Source: Macrostomum hystrix (lineage: Eukaryota > Animalia > Platyhelminthes). From it: a stretch of 64,000 bases of DNA. Position 1 is the first letter of the stretch. Each line of letters starts with the position of its first letter. The stretch covers positions 15,128,001-15,192,000 of the forward strand of contig CATNEN010000039.1 in NCBI GenBank assembly GCA_950097015.1, read 5' to 3'. The position numbers and the translations under genes were made by a program. Of the stretch, positions 12,801 to 23,688 are shown one piece after another. The notes under the pieces were generated by a model. That model was not told the origin of the DNA and made no database searches. It worked only from the letters and a program-made list of their open reading frames with translations.

Positions 12801-15800
12801 GGGAGAATGCAGGTGGGAGAATGCAGGTGGGAGAATGCAGGTGGTAGAATGCAGGTGGGAGAATGCAGGTGGGAGAATGCAGGTGGGAGAATTCAGGTGG
12901 GAAAACGCAGGTGATAGGACTGATATCAGATGAACCATTCGCGCCTTTTTGTGCCACCCTCTTCGTCGTTGCGAATGAAATCTTTCCTGCCTTTCTGCAC
13001 AGCGTAGTTGGTCAGGTGCATGTACACATTTTCCTGGAATCGGAAATTTACAATGCAAAACTTGATTGGCTAGCAAACCAGATTAGAGATTAAGCTAAGC
13101 TAATGAATCCTCAACTAGCTCACCAGATTCCCATTGGTGGGATCTTTGTACTTCACAGTTGTAAATCTAGCCAGGCCCTCCTTGAAGACAAAAATTCTGA
13201 GTGGATCGCAGCTGGTGACAAGGACGTAGACTCGCAAATCGAATTTGTAACCGTCGATTAAAAATGGCTGCAAATATTGGGGATGGAGCTGGGGTAGAAA
13301 TTAGTCCAGTCCATGGACTGGGCAGTTGTGATTTAACATACGAAGAGTTGTAAATTATCAATTATAAATTTAAACAATTGAAAGACTTTTAATGTTAATA
13401 TAACTATTGACGGCTGCCCCAGATGAGCAGCCGTCAGGACAGCCGCAGCTATTGCGCGGCGCATTTGAAGGCTGAGTACGGCTGTTCAGTCCATGGACTG
13501 GGGAGACGTCACACCCAACCTCAATTACCCCAGCTGCTGCTGGTACCCATTTAACAGCTGGGTGAACTGAAGCAATGCAGAGTTAATTGTCTTGCTAATG
13601 GACACAAATAGTCTGTGGTGTTGAGAATCGAACCCCCGACGTTCAAGTCGAGAGTCTAACGCACTAACCACCAATCCAGGCGATTGTCCTTGGCGGCAAT
13701 TTACAAAGGCTCACGCCTGCTCTCATTTAGCCCCAATTTCTCACCTTGGTCAGGTAGAGCTGGCAAATTTGATGCTCTCCTGGTTTGATGTCTTTGGGAT
13801 TTTTCGTGCACCAGATTCCCTTGCCCTGGCAACTGGCCTCCGGCTTCAGGATATAGGTCTTGTGCTTCTTGCTTCGAGCAAAGGTCTGCAGGTCGCCCCA
13901 GCTGCAAAGAAAAGGATGGATTGAAATATCAAATCAAATCCCGAATAATGATTCCGCTATCCCGAAAATTTATCAAATAATCCCGAATGTAATGAAAGAA
14001 TCCCGTTTTCTAAGAATTAATGACGAATTATGTCAACGAATATAAGTAAGAATCGTGAATTCTAAGAAATAATCCAAAATTCTAAGAAAACATCCTGGTT
14101 TCTAAGAAAGCACCCCGAGCTATAAGAAACTCTTGCGAATTCTTAGAAATCATCAAGAATTATACGAAAGCGCCCAGAGTTTGTAAGAAAGCAACAATTT
14201 TAATTGCTAGCAATTCAAAAAAATCGAATTCTCAGTTCTAAGAAACAATCCAGAATACTTTAAATTTGTGACGAATTCTATGTCATTTTTTCAATTCTAA
14301 GAAAGCACCCTGAGTTCTAAGAAACTCTCGATTTCTAAGAAAGTAATACGAACTCTAACAAAAAGCAACCCGAATTCTAAGAAAGTGTCCTAAATTTTTA
14401 GAATCGAAGAATTTTCCACTAGAGAATCCTGAATTTTTACTGAGAAATCCCGACTTATAACTTAATGTTTTGTTCTAAATGCAAAATTTACGTCAATAGT
14501 TTCTGCCCTATATTTTATAGTACTTTATAAAATGCCATTAAAATAAAATATCTATGACTTAGTATTTCCTTTCCTCAGGGTTACCAAAAGTTTTCATTTA
14601 AACGACCAATTTGCACTTTACTGTACATCTTGAGCGCTTTAGAACTGCCTAACTCAACTCATTAATAATTAATTACCTGCCAGTCACCCGAACAAGCTTT
14701 CTTAGAAAACGAGAATTAATGTATTACTTTGCTATTGAAGCCAGCCGATACGGTTAAAAGTACTTTGACTATGCCAAGTATCTTATTATAAGTATTGTAA
14801 AATCTGGTGGTTTTCGCAATTATGGAAGCTTAAAACTAGATGCTAACTGACAAGTCAGGCTAATTAGATGACGGGGCATGCATATATTCAAACAAATGCT
14901 TAGTTGCTCTCGCCGTTTACCTAAGTAATGTCGGTTAATATAACATTTTCAGTGCAACAAAGACTCACTCAGCTGGTAGAATCCAAGTTTTCGGCGCGAT
15001 GTTGGCGAACTCCTTGGGGAAAAGTTTCTGCATGCGAGCCAGATTTCGTCCCAGATTGTCTTTGCGACAGATTTCGCTCATTCCAGGGAAGTGGTTGATT
15101 TTCTGTGGGTGTTATGTCGAGATTAGGATGCCATAGAACTGGAGTTCTTAGAACTTACTCATGTCCTTGAATTTCATGTGTAATGGTATTGCATTATGAT
15201 TATTATTATAGTTGTCTATTGATAGTTAAATTTAACACACCTGATATTTCTTCATGGCGCAGACTTTGTCAATAGTTACGTAAGTGTCAGTCCAGTAAAC
15301 ATTCCAGTCTTCGTCTTCTTCCACCTCGCGAAAGCCAACTTTGCGAGCTGATCGACGAACTTAAAAAAATAGATATTTTGTTTTACTGCAGTCAAGTCCA
15401 AAACAAAAATTAGGATATTTTAGCACAATAAAATAAATTAAGATCTTACCAACGTCGTATTTGCAGCTAGTCAAACAGATCGTGTGAACTCTGAAACGTT
15501 TGTAAATAAAAAAAGTTTTACAGAAGTTTTACAGAAAAACAGTTTTTTTCTTAACTGATCTCGGTAGAAGCAGAGTTAGAAGAGCACTTGCTTTTCCAGG
15601 AAAATTCGATTGTAAAAAATTGTTTAAAAAACGATTTCTTGGAAAAGTAATTCAATAGCTAGTTTACATACAGAGGACGGGAATTAAGTTTCTTTGTTTC
15701 TATGAACGCTTAAAAAACATGGGTTTAAATCATAATTTAAGAGTAGAAAAACCACATGGGCTATTTCAAATACCCACTGCATACTACACGATGGCTCCCA

Positions 15801-16420
15801 AACCGAATGACTCATTTTACTGACTAAGTCCACCAACTGGTTCAAAATTTTCCGACCTTTAAGATGAAATAACTTTAAAAGCCGTCCGATATTCTAGCTC
15901 GTTTTCATGGCGATTTGGTTGAGCATTCTGGAAAATTGCCAGGCACCTACTTCTTTTTCCGCTTTCTTTTGGCGCTGCCGATCGTCAAATTTGGCGTTTC
16001 CGCCGCACTGAGCTCCGACGCTGTCCTGACGATCGGTTTCACCGTCTGGGTTGGCTGAACAGACGGCTGCGGCTGAGCTGCTTTCGGTAGAACCGGCAAC
16101 GGCGGAGGTGTCAGTTTGACTGTCGTCAACGGCTTGCCGACAACCGGCTCTGGGGTTGCGGCACGAGCGTCGTCTTCCTCCTCTTCCGCCTCTCCGTCTT
16201 CGCCTTCTTCTTCGCCCTCCTCATCTTCGATGATGCCGGCGTCGACTAGGACGCTCGCCGTTAGATCATCCTCTAGTGTGAGATCTCCGACTTCAGCATC
16301 CGCATCATCATCATCATCTTCTTCTTCTTCGTCTTCTTCTTCATCACCATCATCGTCTTCTTCTTCCTCTTCCTCGTTAGCAAATTCAGCCTCCTCTTGT
16401 TTGGTGAGCTTTGAAGTCAT
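2513..16420 (-). CDS. TTLL6: Tubulin polyglutamylase TTLL6/TTLL13-like, multi-exon
   Basis: Exons read by eye: 16420-15951 (acidic N-terminus), 15490-15450 ([10 protein letters not shown]), 15359-15241 (EDWNVYWTD), ~15102-14969 ([17 protein letters not shown]), ~13902-13745 ([14 protein letters not shown]), ~13267-13124 ([26 protein letters not shown]), 13033-12945 (MHLTNYAV), 12178-11771 ([20 protein letters not shown]), 9231-~8673 ([19 protein letters not shown]), ~7728-7216 ([19 protein letters not shown]). Probable further low-complexity exons lie at ~6870-6540 and ~3150-2513. The core TTL domain is secure; the 3' exons are less certain. Confidence 0.85.
3267..3625 (+). mobile_element. 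tRNA-derived SINE, family A copy 1
   Basis: A-box gtggcagagcggttaa and B-box agttcgattcc. The body (ggagtcagcgaaatgggcagaattgcctcctcgctggc) is shared with three other copies in the window. AT-rich tail. Confidence 0.8.
3707..5107 (-). CDS. Poly-Q-rich 466-aa ORF: large or alternative exon of the TTLL gene, or a separate nested gene
   Basis: Long ATG-initiated ORF with CAG-encoded poly-Q tracts and no recognisable domain. It lies on the same strand as, and between, putative 3' TTLL exons. Confidence 0.5.
   Translation of the reverse strand: MADNAESCSVGKSSKTKTLLRLAPSLKRGAGSGGRHRGSAQLRRRTTNSSTAGAKVPAGLFIGSGFGEQQQQQQHATLMDIASLDSCLLDAEDPEFDFQPELYDDFCTDEQQEQQEQQQQQQQQQQHQQQQQQQQPQQQQQNQQQQQQQQQQHQQPQQQPQQQQQNQQQQQQQQHQQPQQQQHQQQQQQQSRNGAFFASISASSAHSGSATIQEISASSVLQQQHLHKQQQPEKLDMSIFANNGFYGTSEEIEKLLAQAIQLHCRQAGQLNENSASFLADRHLGGIHQQSQQQQQQQQQRQQQQQRQRSLGLGRPAVRSTHGLAEDLLQAWSYGTCASNASKSLNFSAESSGRGYYSTAASSEQDGCDPAVGANALRDRLLLTDFSEEDMLDAEADAAQTAYLTAKPPVPKLRSERASLSLNSQQLQPAACNYENSPGQCLAMDIGRLLIFVEALYVYFCIQRFLH
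5700..5975 (+). mobile_element. tRNA-derived SINE, family A copy 2
   Basis: Homologous to 3267-3625 (ttaacgcg..gcctctcgcac..tcgattccatggcgaggccacat..gtgtcaccaaatgat). Confidence 0.8.
9466..9790 (+). mobile_element. tRNA-derived SINE, family A copy 3 with (TTA)n tail
   Basis: Same head and body, ending in an attattatt microsatellite tail. Confidence 0.8.
10328..11665. repeat. 20-bp minisatellite (~65 copies) in a TTLL intron
   Basis: Unit gacc(a/g)ctg(t/c)atgacccagag. Confidence 0.97.
12221..12912. repeat. 14-bp minisatellite (~49 copies) in a TTLL intron
   Basis: Unit gcaggtgggagaat. Confidence 0.97.
13400..13685 (-). mobile_element. tRNA-derived SINE with CORE-like domain (family B)
   Basis: The minus strand has a tRNA-like head (ggtggttagtgcgttagactc..ggggttcgattctc). 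The + strand gggtgaactgaagcaatgcagagttaattgtcttgctaatggacac resembles the MIR/CORE motif. A second copy lies at ~53630-53750. Confidence 0.65.
14040..14460. repeat. Degenerate ~21-bp tandem repeat
   Basis: Recurring core (a/g)ttctaagaaa. Confidence 0.6.
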
Positions 16421-17263
16421 TTTTTATGTGATAGATTTTTATACTCTGCAAGTTCGAAGGAGTGAAAGTTAAGTCGAAATAAAAAAATAGGTAATCCTTT
16501 ATTTTCGAAGCCGAAAACGGATACGATGTTCAACTCCTTTATTACAAATACATAATATAGACATTACGGCATCATGAAGTTACAAATAAATTTTTTACAT
16601 ATATTCTTAGCTATTCACAAAATATTTAAAATGTAATTAGTTTCTTAATTTCTTAGATTATTTTTTAGCTTTAATTGGATAATACGTATTTGTAAGGTTT
16701 GTCAACATATTTTATTTAAATGAGTGGTCTATGAGATTGGGCCTAATAATATCGTACTCTTGCAATTCAAATTGACGCGAAAATTAGCAAATAATGAAAT
16801 TCTTGTTTTATTACAAAAGTCGTACGAACATCCCCGATCTAAAACTATATATACATGCACAATTTCTATTAAACTTCCAACTTTCGATTCGCTCCAGTTT
16901 TTTTTATACGAATCGGTGATCGGAAGCGAGTCAAACTTACCGTTTTGGGAGTAATAAACTGGAAACTAACATTTCTCAAAGTAAAGTGTTGAGTCAAAAC
17001 ATCTCTATGTTTTACTTATTACTGTTTTACTTACTAATTATATATATATCTCGTTATGAGTATTGAATAAGACATTTCTGAGAGGAACCAATAAAGAGGT
17101 AGTTTTTTTCACATAAAAAGCGGTGATTGACTGGGCAACTCTAGTCCATTGGTATCCCAAGTACGACTGGAATCCCCAAAACCAGTGCAAAATAAATAAA
17201 GTTGTCTTACCACTCGGACACAATATCGCTACCTCATGAAGAACAAAGTTTTTTTTACTAATA

Positions 17264-17919
17264 TGTAAGAGGCTATATTTTGTATTTTTACCGTAGCTTC
17301 GCTTAATTCTAGGAAATTGTAGAAATTCACCGTTGTTTAACTACACTTTAATTTTTGTTTAAATATGCACACTCACCCCCAATTTCTTGCTATAAATATA
17401 CACGCGCTGTAAGGAGAAAAACTAACTTTCGGGAGCTTAACCCAAGTTCAAGAATAATAATTGCTGAATGCATGTGTTCTTTAAATAAATTTGCTATAAA
17501 GAGGAAATAACATTGGGAACATATAAAACGTATTGGAGTTTATTATCGAGACGATAGCAAAAAGGCCAGTTTTGGATAGAAATAAATACGTTGTGTGTGT
17601 CTGGTACCCTCCAATCCATTGGAGCCTTTAAAGACTGGGTGTGATCAATAAGTATTAAAAAGAGTAATTCTATACAGTTAAAAGTAAGAGTGTCTTACCG
17701 CTCGGGCACTTATGATTCGCTACCGCAGTAATTGAATATATATTAAAGTGTTATACTTCCCTATAAATTGGGAGAATTTTTAAACAGAACGAAAGTTGAC
17801 ATTTAATAAGCATTTTTGCAGTTGATAAATATAAGTAATTTATAAAGAATAAGAATAAAGAGAAGGGCTTTACGACAATTAGTGACGGCTGTGAGATTTT
17901 AGTAAAGAGCCCTACAACA
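17264..17919 (+). repeat. 5' LTR (656 bp)
   Basis: tgtaagaggc...ccctacaaca; direct repeat of 25127-25799. Confidence 0.95.
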
Positions 17920-17921
17920 AT

Positions 17922-17936
17922 TGGTGACAGCGGTGA
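17922..17936 (+). promoter_or_regulatory. Primer binding site, probably tRNA-Leu
   Basis: tggtgacagcggtg lies 2 nt after the 5' LTR and resembles the complement of the tRNA-Leu(AAG/UAG) 3' end (TGGTGGCAGCGGTG). Confidence 0.7.
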
Positions 17937-17977
17937 AGGATTGGAAATCCAGTCAGGCACAACTAAAATAAACCGTT

Positions 17978-18880
17978 ATGGCAGGAATCAATGATGCCAT
18001 TGGGCTACTAGCAGAAGAGTTGAGGAATCGTTTGGAATTAGGCCCGATGAGGCATGTGAAAATTCAAAAATATACACCGAGTCAGGACATTCGGATTTGG
18101 CTGACTGCCTTCGATCAAAGGTGTGACACCGAAGGGATCGAACAAGAGGAACACAGAAAGAGTGAATTATTGGCTAATCTGGACTTGGCTACTGCGTTTG
18201 CAGCAGTCCAACGATTGAACTTACCTGAAGAATTGACCTATGATGAGTTCAAGGAAAGATTTGGCCGATTGGGCAGTTCATCGGAATTCAGAGAAGAATT
18301 TCGTGGACGATTACAAGGACGAAATGAAGCGACTGACTCATTCGCGGATGCACTTATTGAACTAGCATCCCGCGCCTTCCCTAACATGAATGCTGAACAG
18401 CGTGAGGAGGAAGTCGTGGAACAGTTTATCAAAGGCGCCAGAGTCCCTGCAGACACCCGAGAGAAACTGATTTTCGCACAACCCGCCAGTTTGCAAGAAG
18501 CCAGACGTATGCTGAGGAGGATAGAAGCCGCCTGGCACATGTCTCATAAGAACGGCTTGAGAGTGATGAAGGGTGAACTAGGCGATGAACAGCAGACAAA
18601 TCTCGAAGATCTAATCGAAAAGCAGAAGATGGAAATTAATAAACAGAGGAAGATGATTGAGACTCTCATCCAGGAGAAGAGTAAGGCAGAAAGCCAGAAC
18701 AGACAACCCCAGCCGCTCATGAAGCAGCAGGTGAGGTTCCAGCAGCCATATCAGCAGTCAAGGCCTCCGCCGACTTGCTATAATTGCCGAAAAATAGGCC
18801 ATATCGCGAAGAACTGTCAAAACTCAAGGCAGTATCCGCAGAAGCAGTTTGCACCTCAGAATTCCTATCAGGGAAACTGA
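17978..18880 (+). CDS. gag: Gypsy Gag (capsid + CCHC zinc knuckle)
   Basis: MHR-like LQGRNEATDSFADAL and EQFIKG; CYNCRKIGHIAKNC zinc knuckle. Confidence 0.95.
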   Translation: MAGINDAIGLLAEELRNRLELGPMRHVKIQKYTPSQDIRIWLTAFDQRCDTEGIEQEEHRKSELLANLDLATAFAAVQRLNLPEELTYDEFKERFGRLGSSSEFREEFRGRLQGRNEATDSFADALIELASRAFPNMNAEQREEEVVEQFIKGARVPADTREKLIFAQPASLQEARRMLRRIEAAWHMSHKNGLRVMKGELGDEQQTNLEDLIEKQKMEINKQRKMIETLIQEKSKAESQNRQPQPLMKQQVRFQQPYQQSRPPPTCYNCRKIGHIAKNCQNSRQYPQKQFAPQNSYQGN

Positions 18881-21800
18881 AGGCCGAGGGACGACAGTCG
18901 AGGCCACGCCCCTCTTGTGAAACCCAGTTCGAAACCCAGGCCTCCCAGAAATCTCGATATCCCGTGAAGTCCCAGTGTTTTTACCAAAGAGGAAGGCGTT
19001 ATGCACATATTGCGTCAGCACCAGCACCTAATGCGTCAGCACCTCGACTGTCAGCACCCAATGCGTCAGCACCTCGACTATCAGCACCCAATGCGTCAGC
19101 ACCTCGAGTATCAGCACCCAATGCGTCAACACCCCGAGTATCAGCACCTATTGCGTCATCACTCAGCATGCCAGCACCCAGGTCATCAGCAGTCTCAGTG
19201 TCCGAAGAGTCAGCAATCGACGAAGCAACCGAAGAAGATTCAGCAGAGGAACTAGAGCCGAAGACTCTTGTCGGAAGGCCTGCGAAGAAAAATCAAAGGA
19301 CACGTGAGAACATTTTTAAAACTTGCTCTAATGTTAAACTAGAATTAGTGCAACCCGAAGGTTACGAAGCAGTAGTAGTAGGAAGCATCAAAAAGACCGA
19401 TGTGAATTTTATCCTTGACACGGGAGCAAGAAACAGCTTCCTGAGTAAGTCCGTGTGGACAAAGCTGATTAAGTCTGACCAGATCAAAAGCACTAATAAA
19501 AGAGTCTCCACCTTTGATGGCACACGAGTACAACTAGAAGGAGAATGCTGCATTTTTGTGAAATTTGGCGAAATCCAGGTAGAAATCGATTTCTTGTTAT
19601 GTAGTCACGAATGTGACAATATACTTGGAATGGAGTTTTTCCTTGGATACTGTGAGAGCATTAACATTGCCAACGGCATGTTAGTACTCCATGAAGGATC
19701 GTGTATCCCAATGCAGTTTACGCATCTCCCAGTGAAAGTTTGCCGTGTGTACGCTCAGGAGAGAACTGTTATTCCAGCTAACAGTGCATTAAGAATTCCT
19801 GTGCGGCTAGCCAAAGGCTCAGAATGTAATTATGGTACACCGATGACTATCGAAGTAGTTGGAGAAGGCGTAAGAGCCAAAGAGTGGACTTTAGAAATGG
19901 TCCCCACTCTTGTTACTATGCGTGAAGGCTCTGCCGTTGTCGAAATCGTGAATCGGCATCCATTTGATGTGAAATTGGCAAAATCCGCCTTAATTGGTGT
20001 AGCCAAGCCTATGAAAGCCAGGGAGTTGGACTACTTCAAAAGTTCTAAGCAGGATGAATCCGAGCCCACAGTGAAAGTGAATCAGACTCAGACTGTTACA
20101 GATGCTTGGATAGAGGAGGTCAGTCTTGGACCGAATCTGTCTGAAGAGCAGAAGAAATCAGTAATTGATCTAATGAAAGAGCACAGAGAGGCATTTTCTC
20201 AGCATGAGCTTGACATGGGATTGACTCATCTGGTCACCCACGAAATATCCCTGAAGGATGAGACTCCAGTGAGAATTCCCACGAGAAGAATTCCACCACA
20301 CCTTCAAAAGCAAGTGGATGCACAGCTTGACGATATGCTAGCCAAAAATTTAATTCGCCCGTGCTATTCTACCTATTCAACACCTTTAGTAATAGTACCT
20401 AAGAAAGATGGAACAATTAGAATAGTCAGCGACTTTAGAGTGCTAAATTCACGTGTAAATTATGTGCCATATCCGTTGCCTAATATTCATCAGACTTTTT
20501 CTTATTTATCAGGTAGTCAATATTTTAGCAGCCTAGATTTAAATTCCGGATATTGGCAAGTGCCTATAAAAGAAGAGCACAAATTTATGACCGCATTTTC
20601 TACCTTAACTAGGGGCCAATTCGAGTATGAAGTTATGGCCCAAGGTCTTTCTAATGCTCCGGGCACTTTTCAGCGATTAATGAATTTAGTATTGCTGGGC
20701 ATACAGCATAAATTTGCGATGTCCTATATTGACGATATTGTCACTTACTCGAAAACTTTTGCCGAACATCTGGCACATTTAAAGGAAGTTTTCCAGCGGT
20801 TGATTACAGCAGGACTTAAGCTGAGACCGAAAAAGTGCAATCTATTTCACCAAGAACTAAAATATCTAGGTCATGTGATTAGCACTGGAGGAATTCGTAC
20901 TGACGAGTCTAAGATTGAGGCAATCAAGACTTGGCCGAAGCCGAAAGACGTAAAGGAACTAAGAAGTTTCCTAGGTCTGTGCAACTACTATAGCCGATTT
21001 GTGAAAAATTATGCCGAAGTCGCCCACCCATTGTTTCAACTTACACGGAAGAATATCCAAAACTTCCAAGAAAAATGGAGTGCAGTGCACGACGAAGCAT
21101 TTGAGTCATTAAAAACTCGGATGATGTCTACCGAAGTATTAGCTTATCCAGAATTCGTTGACGATGAGAATGTGCGAATGGTCCTCGACACCGATGCCAG
21201 TGATGGTAGAATTGGCGCCTGCTTGGGCCAAATCCAATCTGATGGCGTGGAGAGGCCAATAGCATATTTTAGTCGGGCAATGAAAGAATCTGAGAAAAGA
21301 TACCCAATCACTAGGAAAGAATTACTAGCTTTAGTCGACTCTATGAAGCACTTTAGATTTTATTTATTAGGGAAGCGATTTCTAGCTAGGACAGATCATA
21401 AAGCAATTATTTGGCTATTAAGACAGACAGAAGCGCAAGGCATTCTAGGTAGATGGATTGAAAGATTGAATGAATTTCAATTCGACATTGAGCACCGGAA
21501 AGGTACTTCCCACCAGAATGCTGACAGTTTGTCAAGGAGACCCGCTGAAATGGCAGAAGAGAAGAAGAGAGAAGAAGAGAGTGCAGAAGAGGCAGAGAGC
21601 CGCGTTTGTGCAGAGAGTGGACAAGAGGCAATGACCCAGGACAGTGCTATATGCCTGACCCAGTCGCCAACTGATCCTTGTGAGGGAGAGATCCCGACAA
21701 TAGATCCCATTTGCAGGATCGAGTCACTGATCTCAGGAGGAGAGAAGGAAGTAATCCAAGGCGATCTCGCCATTGACTCTAGCATTATGCAATTGAGTCC

Positions 21801-23688
21801 CGACGCCGAGGAGTTCTTTCCTAAGTCGCAGATTGAAACGCAAGAATTAGGAGAGCATAAATGTGACAAGCTTTTGACAGATTATCTGCCTTCCCCTCTG
21901 AAGCGCGAACAGATTTTAGAAGCCCAGCGTGCAGACCCAGCGATTCGCACCTTAATCGAATGGAAGCACAAAGGCTTAGACAAAACCCCATTGTCGAATG
22001 ACATGAGCTCTGAGCTGAGGCAAATGAGCAAAGCATTTGAGGCAATGTTTATTGAAAGAGGATTATTAATGATTAAAGAAGAAGGAGAATTGAAGGTTGT
22101 TTTGCCCCGGTCCGTGGACATGCTAGTCTTTAGCGATCTGCATGAGAGCCCACTAGCAGGACACTTGGGACGGGACAAAACACTTCAGCGAGTAAAGAAG
22201 CGATTTTGGAGACCTGGATTGGTCACAGCTATTGAAGGAATGATCGCTAAGTGCATTCCGTGTCTAGAAAGTAAAAAGGGCAATTATATCCAAGCCCCGG
22301 TGCAATCTTTTCCCATTTGTGAGCCATTCCATCGCTTACACATCGATTTAATCGGCCCTGTATCGAAGGAGAGCAGGAGAGGGCACAAATATGTGCTAAC
22401 TGTGGTTGACAGCACCACTAAATATCCATTTGCATTTCCTGTTCGGAATCAAAAATCAGATACAGTAATTAAACTGCTACAGGAGAGGGTATTCTCAGAG
22501 TATGGCCAATGCCATTGGATCCATACTGACAATGGCAAAACCTTCACTAGTAGGCAATTCAAGGCTTTTTGCGACCTTTATAATGTCAAACACACGTGTA
22601 CTACTCCTTACCATGCTCAAAGCAACGGGCTGGTAGAGCGCTTCAATAAGCAGGTGAAGTCCATCATTACCTGTCTTATTGAAAAGGATCATAATGATTG
22701 GGACCTAATGATCCCAGCAGCTCTAGTTGCGGTACGCACGAGTGTGAATAAAACGACAGGTTATAGTCCACACTATCTACTGTTCGGAAGAGAGGCTGTA
22801 TTGCCGATCGACAGTCAGATACAGAATCCAAAATCTTATGCCAATTATCCATCATATGTGGCCGATCATGCTGAAAGACTGAAAATAGCCGCCGAAATAG
22901 TTAAGAAGAAATTAGAAAAGGTAGTCGATCAGAGAGAAGAGATTGCTAAGACAACTAAATTACCTAAAGAAGTGCCGATTGGCAGTTTAGTTTTAATGAA
23001 TAACCCACAACTTGATAGCGAGGAGTCGCACAAGTTCCATCGGAAAAAGCGGTCTGCATTCAGAGTACTTGAACAGATCTCTGATGTAGTTTTCAAAGTT
23101 CAAAAGGAAGAAGAAGGCGAGCTAGTAGGAAACATCATGATAGCGCATAGAGATAATTTAACTACAGTGCCCAACTCGATCAAGGAGGCAATCGTTAAGG
23201 GAAGCCACCCCAGCGCCGTGATCGAGAAGGAAAAGATAACAAATAAGAAAACTCAGCCTAGAAAGACAGAATCAAGCATTAAGGGAAGCCACCCGAGGAA
23301 TCGGAATAAACAATCTGAGGAAAAGCAAACAAACCCATCAGATTCCGAGTCTGAAGACGAAGAAAGACTGATGTGGTATTGCGACAATAGAAATGAAGAC
23401 AATGAATTGAGAGGAAGCTTATTGGACATTGGAGCTGAAGTCGAAATAGACGATATAAACAATCAGTCTGACAATGAAAACACCGAAGAAGGGAGTGAAA
23501 GCGAGAGCGAGAATGAAAGCGAGGATATTAACACCTCAGAGGAAGAACAAAGCCAGAATGGCGAAGGTGATGAATTTGCTTCGCGCCCATATAACACAAG
23601 GAGAAGTGTTAATCCTCCAGCCAGATTTAGGGATTACTTGAAGCGTCTGTCCACAGCGATTGCGTGGCTTAGTAATATTCAATATTAA
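18871..23688 (+). CDS. pol: Gypsy Pol (protease, RT, RNase H, integrase), reached by -1 frameshift
   Basis: Protease LDTGA; RT LDLNSGYWQ and YIDD; RNase H TDASD; integrase H-x6-H..CxxC, DLIG, HTDNG and NGLVER. The frame is uninterrupted. Confidence 0.97.
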   Translation, partial: GKLKAEGRQSRPRPSCETQFETQASQKSRYPVKSQCFYQRGRRYAHIASAPAPNASAPRLSAPNASAPRLSAPNASAPRVSAPNASTPRVSAPIASSLSMPAPRSSAVSVSEESAIDEATEEDSAEELEPKTLVGRPAKKNQRTRENIFKTCSNVKLELVQPEGYEAVVVGSIKKTDVNFILDTGARNSFLSKSVWTKLIKSDQIKSTNKRVSTFDGTRVQLEGECCIFVKFGEIQVEIDFLLCSHECDNILGMEFFLGYCESINIANGMLVLHEGSCIPMQFTHLPVKVCRVYAQERTVIPANSALRIPVRLAKGSECNYGTPMTIEVVGEGVRAKEWTLEMVPTLVTMREGSAVVEIVNRHPFDVKLAKSALIGVAKPMKARELDYFKSSKQDESEPTVKVNQTQTVTDAWIEEVSLGPNLSEEQKKSVIDLMKEHREAFSQHELDMGLTHLVTHEISLKDETPVRIPTRRIPPHLQKQVDAQLDDMLAKNLIRPCYSTYSTPLVIVPKKDGTIRIVSDFRVLNSRVNYVPYPLPNIHQTFSYLSGSQYFSSLDLNSGYWQVPIKEEHKFMTAFSTLTRGQFEYEVMAQGLSNAPGTFQRLMNLVLLGIQHKFAMSYIDDIVTYSKTFAEHLAHLKEVFQRLITAGLKLRPKKCNLFHQELKYLGHVISTGGIRTDESKIEAIKTWPKPKDVKELRSFLGLCNYYSRFVKNYAEVAHPLFQLTRKNIQNFQEKWSAVHDEAFESLKTRMMSTEVLAYPEFVDDENVRMVLDTDASDGRIGACLGQIQSDGVERPIAYFSRAMKESEKRYPITRKELLALVDSMKHFRFYLLGKRFLARTDHKAIIWLLRQTEAQGILGRWIERLNEFQFDIEHRKGTSHQNADSLSRRPAEMAEEKKREEESAEEAESRVCAESGQEAMTQDSAICLTQSPTDPCEGEIPTIDPICRIESLISGGEKEVIQGDLAIDSSIMQLSPDAEEFFPKSQIETQELGEHKCDKLLTDYLPSPLKREQILEAQRADPAIRTLIEWKHKGLDKTPLSNDMSSELRQMSKAFEAMFIERGLLMIKEEGELKVVLPRSVDMLVFSDLHESPLAGHLGRDKTLQRVKKRFWRPGLVTAIEGMIAKCIPCLESKKGNYIQAPVQSFPICEPFHRLHIDLIGPVSKESRRGHKYVLTVVDSTTKYPFAFPVRNQKSDTVIKLLQERVFSEYGQCHWIHTDNGKTFTSRQFKAFCDLYNVKHTCTTPYHAQSNGLVERFNKQVKSIITCLIEKDHNDWDLMIPAALVAVRTSVNKTTGYSPHYLLFGREAVLPIDSQIQNPKSYANYPSYVADHAERLKIAAEIVKKKLEKVVDQREEIAKTTKLPKEVPIGSLVLMNNPQLDSEESHKFHRKKRSAFRVLEQISDVVFKVQKEEEGELVGNIMIAHRDNLTTVPNSIKEAIVKGSHPSAVIEKEKITNKKTQPRKTESSIKGSHPRNRNKQSEEKQTNPSDSESEDEERLMWYCDNRNEDNELRGSLLDIGAEVEIDDINNQSDNENTEEGSESESENESEDINTSEEEQSQNGEGDEFASRPYNTRRSVNPPARFRDYLKRLSTAIAWLSNIQY

